DNA of 64,000 nt. It comes from Pseudomonadota bacterium (GTDB taxonomy: Bacteria > Desulfobacterota > Desulfobulbia > Desulfobulbales > SURF-16). The notes under the pieces are model-generated. The model was not told the DNA's origin, ran no database searches, and saw only the letters and a program-made list of their open reading frames with translations. Shown here one piece after another: positions 46,810 to 54,208 of the stretch (positions within the stretch are counted from its first letter, which is position 1; every line of letters begins with the position of its first letter). The DNA lies in the NCBI GenBank assembly GCA_018897105.1, contig JAHILF010000092.1, positions 19,559 to 83,558 on the forward strand, in the 5' to 3' direction. The position numbers and the translations under genes are program-made.

Positions 46810-47526
46810 ATGAATGGTAGGTTTCAGTTAGGTCCGGGCAGGGGTTTACAGGTCAACATATCCCAGGAAGAAATTATCAATATATTTCATTCCATCTTTT
46901 ACGCCAGCGAGAATGACCACAGCGGCCCGCCAAAACTCTATAACGGTGTGCCTATTCATAAACATCCCGGTGATATGTTTAATTACCAGCAGATTCTCTT
47001 TGATCAGAAGCCCGACTATATCATAGAGTGCGGCGCCTTTCAGGGAGGCTCCACCATGTTTTTTGCCGATACCCTCAGTCTTATCGGAAAAGGGAAAATT
47101 GTTTCCGTTGATATCTGCGAGCGGGAAGAACGCTGGTACCCGCAGGTTGAAGCCCATGAACGGACAATTCTGATTCCTGGCAGTTCCGTGGCGGCCGACG
47201 TTGTGGCAAAGGTCAAGGAAACGGTGAAAGACGGGGAGTCATTTTTTGTCATACTCGATTCCCTGCACACCAAGGCCCATGTTCTGGCAGAGATGGAGAG
47301 TTATGGCCCCCTGCTGGCCAAGGGAAATTATATGATCGTGGAAGACAGTAATTTGAATGGTCATCCCTTGCCTCCTGAATGGCATACCCAGACCATGCAG
47401 GAAGGTGGTCCTTTTGAGGCGGTGCTGGAGTATATGAGCACTCATCATGATTTCGTCGTTGACCTGCAGATGGAACACCGTTTTCTGTTCTCCTATGCCC
47501 CGTCAGGGTATCTGGTGAAAATATAA
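46810..47526 (+). CDS. CmcI / cephalosporin-hydroxylase-family methyltransferase (sugar O-methyltransferase type)
   Basis: YNGVPIHKHPGDMFNYQQILFDQKPDYIIECGAFQGGSTMFFAD..KIVSVDI. ATG 46810 lies 7 nt after AAGGAG. Confidence 0.75.
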   Translation: MNGRFQLGPGRGLQVNISQEEIINIFHSIFYASENDHSGPPKLYNGVPIHKHPGDMFNYQQILFDQKPDYIIECGAFQGGSTMFFADTLSLIGKGKIVSVDICEREERWYPQVEAHERTILIPGSSVAADVVAKVKETVKDGESFFVILDSLHTKAHVLAEMESYGPLLAKGNYMIVEDSNLNGHPLPPEWHTQTMQEGGPFEAVLEYMSTHHDFVVDLQMEHRFLFSYAPSGYLVKI

Positions 47527-47551
47527 ATTCTTTTGTCTGTCAAGGAGAGTG

Positions 47552-49168
47552 ATGATGCAGAGTGCGCCCGTGTTAATGCTGATTGTTGCAACCTCTTTCG
47601 GGGAGGTTGACTGGATCCTTCCGGTGCTCGCTGCATATAAGAAGAAAAACCCGCAATGGCAGATAATGACCCTGTTCGGCCATGAGGAGATTTTTGAGAG
47701 CTTGGTTCACAATAGGGCAATATATGAAGAGTTTGCCGCAATTTCTTCCCTGAACATTGTTCCCCGGGAAATCGATCTCTTTCTCTCCAGGAATATTTCA
47801 CCGGATCAGGTGAAAATCATTTTAAAGGATTTTAATGAGGACGAGTATGCCCCATATAAAATATATCTGGAGTCACGCTGCCCTGATGCCCTGGTGGTGA
47901 GTTATCCGCACTCCAATTATATTTATTCAAACCGGACTACGGAAGCCCTGCAAATCGCCGCATCCCCGGATGCTTATAGCAGGCATGATATTTTTCTGCT
48001 TGGCTCCGAGCATGATATCCCATATTGGTCCAGCTACGTGGATGTCTCCAAAATTCGCACATTCGGTTATCCTGTTTTCGATGAGGGGTGGATGGGAAAA
48101 ATGCTTCACGCCCCAAGCTTTGTTGAGTCCCCGGAAATGAAGATGGCAGTTAATGCGGGCAAGGTTTTTTTTCATATTTCCCGGCATCCACATCGTACCT
48201 ATCTTGACGAGGAGGATTATTTTTACCTGATGCAGTCCCTGGTGGAAGAGGTGTTTTCCTATGACGATGCTGTGCTTCTCATAAAACCGCATCCCAGGCA
48301 GAATATTGACAGTTTTGCTGAAGTTCTGGCATCGTATGATCCTTCAAGATGGATGTTTACCGGTCTCCAGCTTACCCAGCTCTGTTCTCTGGCTGATGTC
48401 GTGGTGTCGTTTTTTTCTTCCGGCATCATAAATGCTTTGGCGGCAGGAAAGCCAGTTATTGAGTTCTATCGTTTCAATGACAAGAATCCGGACTGGCGCA
48501 GGCTGCCAAACGGCGCGACAACGTCCATCTACCGGGAACTCGGCCTTGCCGTGCCCGCAGATAGCAGACAGGAATTAGCTCTGCAGATAAAATCGGCCTT
48601 GGCGGGTACGGATTCTGTTTGGGCGTTTCAACAAAAAGCCTACACTCTCCACTGCCAAGAAAGGGAGAATGTTGCAGAAGCAATAAGTGATTGTCTCCTT
48701 AAAGAATGGGCAGCCAAAAAAGAGAGAGTTGCCAAAGGTGAAGTGAGCGATGAGGATAAACCGGCCCGGCAGCTCGGGTATATGCGGAACTTTGTGGAAA
48801 AGGGAGACTATCAAGCCGCGGAAGAACTGGTGGAATCACTCGTTGGTCGCTATCCCAACGTTGCCCTGTTCTACAATGAACTCGCTGTTTACCTCTATCA
48901 GCGGGGGGAAGTTGAACGGGCAATACGTAATTTCGCCAATTGCCTGGGTCTTGACCCTCATTTTGGGGTTGCAGCAGTGAATCTCTGTCATGCCCTTATG
49001 GAAAAAGAGAGAGATGGTGAAGCGCTGGAAGTGATTCTTTCCTTTCAGCGGACGGTTGTCGAAAAACAGGATGTTTTGGTTGAGTTGCAGAATGCACTCA
49101 AAGGGCAGCTGCCGGCGGAGATGTTTGACCGATTGCAGAAAATGCTAAACGATAACCATGCGTCATGA
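47552..49168 (+). CDS. GT-B-like putative glycosyltransferase (KPHP motif) fused to C-terminal TPR repeats
   Basis: LLIKPHPRQ..ADVVVSFFSSGIINALAAGKPVIEF resembles capsule-synthesis or sialyltransferase-type GT-B C-lobes. The C-terminus has TPR-like repeats (GDYQAAEELVE..YNELAVYLYQRGEVERAIRNFANCLGLDP). The function is tentative. Confidence 0.45.
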   Translation: MMQSAPVLMLIVATSFGEVDWILPVLAAYKKKNPQWQIMTLFGHEEIFESLVHNRAIYEEFAAISSLNIVPREIDLFLSRNISPDQVKIILKDFNEDEYAPYKIYLESRCPDALVVSYPHSNYIYSNRTTEALQIAASPDAYSRHDIFLLGSEHDIPYWSSYVDVSKIRTFGYPVFDEGWMGKMLHAPSFVESPEMKMAVNAGKVFFHISRHPHRTYLDEEDYFYLMQSLVEEVFSYDDAVLLIKPHPRQNIDSFAEVLASYDPSRWMFTGLQLTQLCSLADVVVSFFSSGIINALAAGKPVIEFYRFNDKNPDWRRLPNGATTSIYRELGLAVPADSRQELALQIKSALAGTDSVWAFQQKAYTLHCQERENVAEAISDCLLKEWAAKKERVAKGEVSDEDKPARQLGYMRNFVEKGDYQAAEELVESLVGRYPNVALFYNELAVYLYQRGEVERAIRNFANCLGLDPHFGVAAVNLCHALMEKERDGEALEVILSFQRTVVEKQDVLVELQNALKGQLPAEMFDRLQKMLNDNHAS

Positions 49169-50354
49169 TCTGCTGATAATCGGTGGAGGTATCATAGGGC
49201 TTGCCGTCTGTCAAAAGATCCTCGATTCAAGGCCGCAAACCAGGGTACTGCTTCTGGAAAAAGAAGATGATGTTGCCTGCCAGCAGACAGGTCATAACAG
49301 TGGCGTCATTCACTCCGGTATCTATTATGTGCCCGGCACTATAAAGGCCGAAACATGCCGGAGGGGCTATGGGCTGCTGGTGGACTGGTGCCGGAGGCAT
49401 CATATTGACTATGAAATATGCGGAAAAATCGTTGTCGCCACCCATGAAGCTGAACTGCCCTATTTAAATACGCTTTATGAACGAGGCCTGAAAAATGGCC
49501 TGCAGGGAATTCGGAGAATTTCAGCTGATGAGTTGCGGGAATTAGAACCGCATGTGGCAGGCATTGCCGGGCTTCATGTTCCCGAGACCGGCATTGTTGA
49601 TTATCGTCAGGTGGCCGCAAGCCTAAGGCTCGCATGCGAAAAAAACGGGGCCGTTCTGCGGTTCGGGGAAGAAGTTGTCAATGTTGTCGCAGCTAGCGAT
49701 GGCGTCAGGGTTGAGACCGCAAAAGGAGTGTACACTGCGTCCTGCGTGGTCAGTTGCTGCGGGCTGCAGTCGGATCGGATAGCCCGGTTGACCCGACCTG
49801 ATCTGCCGGTACGGATTATACCCTTCAGGGGTGAATATTATACCCTGGCTCCCGCCAAGAAATATCTGGTTCGCAATCTTATTTATCCTGTTCCTGATCC
49901 TGCCTTCCCTTTTCTTGGTGTTCATTTTACACGGTTGATCAACGGGGAAAGAGAGGCGGGCCCTAATGCCGTGCTTGCCCTAAAACGGGAAGGATACCTG
50001 AAGACCGACGTGTCGTTTGCTGATCTTTTTGAGACTCTGGCCTGGCCTGGGTTTCGAAAAATTGCCCGGAAATATTGGCGCTCCGGGCTCATGGAAATGT
50101 ACCGGTCCTTCAGTAAAAAAGCATTCCTCCATGCATTGCAGAAGCTTGTTCCCGAGATTGAGGAGGCTGATCTGCTGCCCGGCGGATCAGGGGTAAGAGC
50201 CCAGGCCTGCTCCCGGGATGGCCGGTTGCTCGATGATTTCTACTTTGTGGAGGATGATCGAGTGCTCCATGTCTGCAATGCCCCTTCGCCGGCAGCAACC
50301 GCCTCACTGGCCATTGGCGAGCAGGTGACGGAGAGAGTGCGGGCGAAATTTTAG
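49158..50354 (+). CDS. lhgO: L-2-hydroxyglutarate oxidase/dehydrogenase (FAD-dependent)
   Basis: DLLIIGGGIIGLAV..LLEKE..CQQTGHNSGVIHSGIYYVPGTIKAETC closely parallels the N-terminal region of E. coli LhgO (YgaF). 398 aa. Confidence 0.75.
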   Translation: MRHDLLIIGGGIIGLAVCQKILDSRPQTRVLLLEKEDDVACQQTGHNSGVIHSGIYYVPGTIKAETCRRGYGLLVDWCRRHHIDYEICGKIVVATHEAELPYLNTLYERGLKNGLQGIRRISADELRELEPHVAGIAGLHVPETGIVDYRQVAASLRLACEKNGAVLRFGEEVVNVVAASDGVRVETAKGVYTASCVVSCCGLQSDRIARLTRPDLPVRIIPFRGEYYTLAPAKKYLVRNLIYPVPDPAFPFLGVHFTRLINGEREAGPNAVLALKREGYLKTDVSFADLFETLAWPGFRKIARKYWRSGLMEMYRSFSKKAFLHALQKLVPEIEEADLLPGGSGVRAQACSRDGRLLDDFYFVEDDRVLHVCNAPSPAATASLAIGEQVTERVRAKF

Positions 50355-50403
50355 CAATGGGTATAACACATGCCGGAAACTGAGGCGTCCTGGAGGGTAG
50401 TTG

Positions 50404-51600
50404 TCACCCTTCTTCGATGAGACGCGGACCGATGGAAAACTGATAGATGCCCCAGATCCCCGTGGGAGCGGCTTGCGGGGCCATTGTCAGGAAGCCGAAA
50501 TAGTCATAGCCATAGTCTCCCGATGTTCCCGCCAGAACCGATTCCAGGGGGGCTGTGCCGGATAATCTATACCAGTATTGCTCTTCCGGCCGCAAAATCA
50601 TATTGATGGTACCGCTTTCCCGGATGTTTTCCACTCGAAAAACCCATCTGGTGCCGCTTTGGGCGTGTTCGACAAAAAAATGGATGGTTCCGTTTTGAAG
50701 ATCCAGGTTTTTGACATATTGTCGGACATAAAGGAAGCTGTTGCGAAGATCCTCGCCCAGTGTCGATTGCGAGGCGTGGACAAAACCAAGATAGGCAAAG
50801 GAGGGAGCGGAGTCTGTTATGGGTAGGAAATCATCAGTGTTGTAGGCAAGATGAATTGTTTGATTTTCGATCATTTCAACCCGGTCCTGAATTGTTTCAC
50901 TGTGCATGGGTATTTGACGACCCTGCCGACGGCTGACAGTCAGCCATCTGTTGGCGGACTTGCTGAAGTCGGCATTGTAAGGCCAGTTTGTTTTGATGTC
51001 GGCCTCTATGGTAAATTCGCTTAAGGATAATCTCCCGGTCACTTTTTCGGAAAATCCGAGAAAAGAAAAACCAAAACTTGAACAGGCTTTCAGGGTCATG
51101 GGCAGACTCCTGGCATGCAAGGGGTCGGAGATGAAGCTGCAGTGCCATGACGCCGGGTTCATATCCATGCAAAGACGAAGGGGTTTATCCCAGGTTCCAT
51201 CGCTTATAGCCAGGGGATACCGATTATAATGCCAGCGGGTTGAGCCAAGGGTCGAGGTGTGGACCCAGAAAAAACATTTTCCCCCCTTCAGGTCAAGCCC
51301 GTCTCCGCGCAGGTGGAATTCCACCATGGCGTTTCTGAGATCATACGGAGGTTCCAATACCCAGAAGGGGTAGTAAATCAAGGCTAAAATGGAGTGGGGG
51401 GATTCCGGGGTGTCAATGCTCCACATGGTGTCATCCGCCCAGATATAGGGTTTCCCGTCAGCCCCCCCCTGTTCATCAAAATGGACTTGATGGAATTTAT
51501 CATCCGGGCCGATGTATTCATAACTGCCCCAGGATAAGAGGTTTGTCGTTATTTTCATGTCGGAGGGATTTCCTTGTTGATGGGGGAGGCCCTCTCCCAC
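50404..51600 (-). CDS. hypothetical protein with an internally duplicated domain; no family recognised
   Basis: An uninterrupted 398-codon ORF lying 8 nt downstream of the HisF-like gene. The two halves share patterns (FHLRGDGLDLKGGKCFFWVHTS..TRW vs YVKNLDLQNGTIHFFVEHAQSGTRW). The start is either GTG 51600 or ATG 51558. It contains a G8 tract (51462-51469). Confidence 0.55.
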   Translation of the reverse strand: MGEGLPHQQGNPSDMKITTNLLSWGSYEYIGPDDKFHQVHFDEQGGADGKPYIWADDTMWSIDTPESPHSILALIYYPFWVLEPPYDLRNAMVEFHLRGDGLDLKGGKCFFWVHTSTLGSTRWHYNRYPLAISDGTWDKPLRLCMDMNPASWHCSFISDPLHARSLPMTLKACSSFGFSFLGFSEKVTGRLSLSEFTIEADIKTNWPYNADFSKSANRWLTVSRRQGRQIPMHSETIQDRVEMIENQTIHLAYNTDDFLPITDSAPSFAYLGFVHASQSTLGEDLRNSFLYVRQYVKNLDLQNGTIHFFVEHAQSGTRWVFRVENIRESGTINMILRPEEQYWYRLSGTAPLESVLAGTSGDYGYDYFGFLTMAPQAAPTGIWGIYQFSIGPRLIEEG

Positions 51601-51607
51601 CCGGAGG

Positions 51608-52366
51608 TTAGAGGCGTACAGGGATGTTTTTCCCCCGCAGGTAGTGTTTCATCTCCAGAGGGGTCTGTTCGGTGAAATGAAAAATGCTTGCCGCGGCCAC
51701 CGCGCTTGCCTTTCCCTGATGAATGGCGAGATACATGTCTTCCGCATTTCCCGCGCCCCCGGAGGCGATAACCGGGATGGAGACGCTTTTGCTCACCTGG
51801 CGGAGGCAGTCCGGCTCATATCCCTGCATGGTCCCGTCCCGGTCGATGGAGGTGAGAAGGATTTCGCCGGCCCCCATTTCTTCGGCCTGCTGCGCAAAAG
51901 TAACCGGCGACAGGCCGGTGGCCCTGGTTCCTGAGTGGGTAAAAATTTCATGGACGCCATTTGCATGGGTTTTGTAATCAATGGAAACGACCGCACACTG
52001 GGAACCGAACCGATTGGCAATGTCCTTGATGAGCTGCGGATTGAGGACCGCGCCTGTATTGATTGCCACCTTGTCCGCTCCCATCATGAGCAGCTGCCGG
52101 ACGTGGTCAATGGTTTGTATGCCGCCGCCTACCGTAAGCGGCATGAAGCAGTCGTCCGCCAGATCGTCGACCACCTCGAAGTCCGGATCGCGTTGTTCCC
52201 CTGTGGCCGTAATGTCCAAAAATATCAGTTCGTCAACCTCCCTCATGCTGTATACCATGATTGTCTGCAGGGCACTGCCCACCCGTCGCCAGCTGTCGAA
52301 GGATATCCCCTTGACCAGACCGAAGTTTTTGTAGAGGAGAGTTGGGATAATGCGTACTTTTAACAT
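51608..52366 (-). CDS. HisF-like cyclase subunit (WbuZ-type; glycan acetamidino module, not histidine biosynthesis)
   Basis: MLKVRIIPTLLYKNFGLVKG..DELIFLDITAT..GGGI..ASGGAG. The start is taken as ATG 52366; the track extension to 52513 overlaps the HisH-like gene. Confidence 0.8.
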   Translation of the reverse strand: MLKVRIIPTLLYKNFGLVKGISFDSWRRVGSALQTIMVYSMREVDELIFLDITATGEQRDPDFEVVDDLADDCFMPLTVGGGIQTIDHVRQLLMMGADKVAINTGAVLNPQLIKDIANRFGSQCAVVSIDYKTHANGVHEIFTHSGTRATGLSPVTFAQQAEEMGAGEILLTSIDRDGTMQGYEPDCLRQVSKSVSIPVIASGGAGNAEDMYLAIHQGKASAVAAASIFHFTEQTPLEMKHYLRGKNIPVRL

Positions 52367-52980
52367 AGCGAGATAAAATTGGTCAGAATTCTGGCGCCGG
52401 ACTTGAGGCTTTTTTCCGGATGGAATTGCACCCCGAAGCAGACGTCTTTGCCGACAACAGAGATGAATCCCCCGCAGTATGGGGTCTGAGCAAGGACATA
52501 CTGTGGATCGCACTGGAAATGATAGCTGTGGACAAAGTAGAAATCCAGGCGGTCTTCCACTTCGTGAAAAAGCGGAGAAGTCGAAACCCGGTTGACCTCG
52601 TTCCAGCCCACATGGGGAATCCGTTCCTCTGCAATAACAGGTTCAAGGTGTCTGATCGTCCCCGGGATCAGATCGAGACCACTGGTTTTTCCGCCTTCAT
52701 AGCCGATTGTGGCCATGAGTTGCATACCTAAACAGATGCCCAGAAAAGGAGTGCCGTGTGTTTGTATCCTGTATTTGATGGTCTGTATCAGGTCGTCACG
52801 GGAGGTCAACTCCTTCATGGCGTCGGCAAATGATCCTACGCCGGGTAAAATGATACCATCCGCTTGGGCCACCTCGTGGGCGATATCCGTGATAAGCGGC
52901 GCGGCCCCTAATTTTTCAACGGCCCGGGCAACGGAGTCAATGTTGCACATCCCATAATCAATGATTGCTATTTTTTTCAT
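52360..52980 (-). CDS. HisH-like glutamine amidotransferase subunit (WbuY-type)
   Basis: KIAIIDYGMCNIDSVARA..ILPGVGSF..GICLGMQLM (catalytic Cys)..VQFHPEKS. Confidence 0.85.
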   Translation of the reverse strand: MKKIAIIDYGMCNIDSVARAVEKLGAAPLITDIAHEVAQADGIILPGVGSFADAMKELTSRDDLIQTIKYRIQTHGTPFLGICLGMQLMATIGYEGGKTSGLDLIPGTIRHLEPVIAEERIPHVGWNEVNRVSTSPLFHEVEDRLDFYFVHSYHFQCDPQYVLAQTPYCGGFISVVGKDVCFGVQFHPEKSLKSGARILTNFISLC

Positions 52981-54128
52981 GGGTTGTCGTAATTGATTTT
53001 TGTCAGATTGCCATGCCTGTCTTTTACCAGACGTCCCTTGGCGTCGCGGACAAACAGTTTTTTATTGGTAAATCGATCGCAGATTGTCACGAATTCATCT
53101 ACCGTCATATCAATCTCTTCAAGAATATCTTCCAGCGGCCGGCCAAGATAGGTCCAGGGGAATTTCCCGTCGTGGCGCCTGACCAGTTCCAGGGCGTCAG
53201 CCCGCTGCATGCGGCCTCGCCGGATATGCAGACAGGCGATGTCTGTTGCCCGGCCAAAACCATATTTAAGAAATTTGAAGTAATCGTGGATCCCGGTGTG
53301 ATAATTGTCAAGATTCTCGTAGTTTGCCAGGGAGCCTTCCACAAAACTCGGAAAGGTCTCAAACCCGTATCCCTGGGAGATGACCGAATTATGGTAGCCA
53401 TCCCAGGGCAGGTAGTATCCGAGAAATAGACCGGTCACCCCGACTCTCTGCAGCTCTGCGTCGCTGGGATAGGTAAACTGGACCAGATGCCGTTTTTCAA
53501 TGCCCTCCTGACCCACCAGATCGGATACCCGCAATCCGAGCAGGCCTCCGAACTCTTCAAGCCAGCGGCGGGACAGGGTGTTGTTGTCCGCGTCGGCAGC
53601 AGGCCCGCCGTATTCGTTTTGTGAATTTTCTCCCCAGATGAGAAGGGGGATATTGAGCTGAACGGCGATGCGGACTGGAATAGTGAAAATCGTCACGTGT
53701 TCCGGCCAGGAGATATCGCCCAGGGTAGTGAGGCATAACCGGTTGATTTTATGGCGGACGACCCTGTTGGTTGTCACTTCGAGATAATCAACCCCCAGTT
53801 TTTTTATGTTGTCGATATTACGCCGGCCGATATCGGACAGGGAACAGGTGGTGCTGGTGACACAGAGTGGATTCATGCCTAATTTCAGCATCCGCACGGT
53901 CTGATAGGTGCTGTCCTTGCCGCCGCTGACCGGAATGACACAGTCATAGTTGCTGCCCGCTGTATTGCGGTATTTTGCCAGTATGTCATCAAGCTCTTTT
54001 TTGCGGACGGCCCAATCGATTTTCTTTCGGCGTTGGAAATAATTACAGGCGCTGCAAACGCCCTGTTCGTCAATTTCCAGATCCGGTTTGGTTTCCGGCA
54101 TGAGGCATTTGTTGCAGTAGGTAATCAT
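52977..54128 (-). CDS. N-acetyl sugar amidotransferase (PP-loop ATPase; WbuX/WbpG/LfnA/PseA family)
   Basis: N-terminal zinc-ribbon CNKC..CSAC and the PP-loop VIPVSGGKDSTYQ. 383 aa. Confidence 0.85.
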   Translation of the reverse strand: MITYCNKCLMPETKPDLEIDEQGVCSACNYFQRRKKIDWAVRKKELDDILAKYRNTAGSNYDCVIPVSGGKDSTYQTVRMLKLGMNPLCVTSTTCSLSDIGRRNIDNIKKLGVDYLEVTTNRVVRHKINRLCLTTLGDISWPEHVTIFTIPVRIAVQLNIPLLIWGENSQNEYGGPAADADNNTLSRRWLEEFGGLLGLRVSDLVGQEGIEKRHLVQFTYPSDAELQRVGVTGLFLGYYLPWDGYHNSVISQGYGFETFPSFVEGSLANYENLDNYHTGIHDYFKFLKYGFGRATDIACLHIRRGRMQRADALELVRRHDGKFPWTYLGRPLEDILEEIDMTVDEFVTICDRFTNKKLFVRDAKGRLVKDRHGNLTKINYDNP

Positions 54129-54208
54129 GCATATTTCTCCGGTTAGATATCCGTACCTTGTTTGGCGCTGTAAAAAGAACCTGGATCGGTCAATTGAGGC
54201 AGGGATCT

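Noticed and set aside
52367-52513. N-terminal extensions offered by the ORF track: HisF-like to 52513, acyltransferase from 7785, SDR from 26922, oxidoreductase from 42500, GT2 fusion from 43741.
   Set aside because: The extensions overlap the preceding gene and encode non-conserved sequence. Internal ATGs placed right after or at the upstream stop begin exactly where the family-conserved N-termini start.
51608-52980. HisH/HisF read as histidine biosynthesis genes.
   Set aside because: They are sandwiched between an N-acetyl-sugar amidotransferase and glycosylation genes, with no other his genes nearby. This is the WbuY/WbuZ-type paralogous pair.
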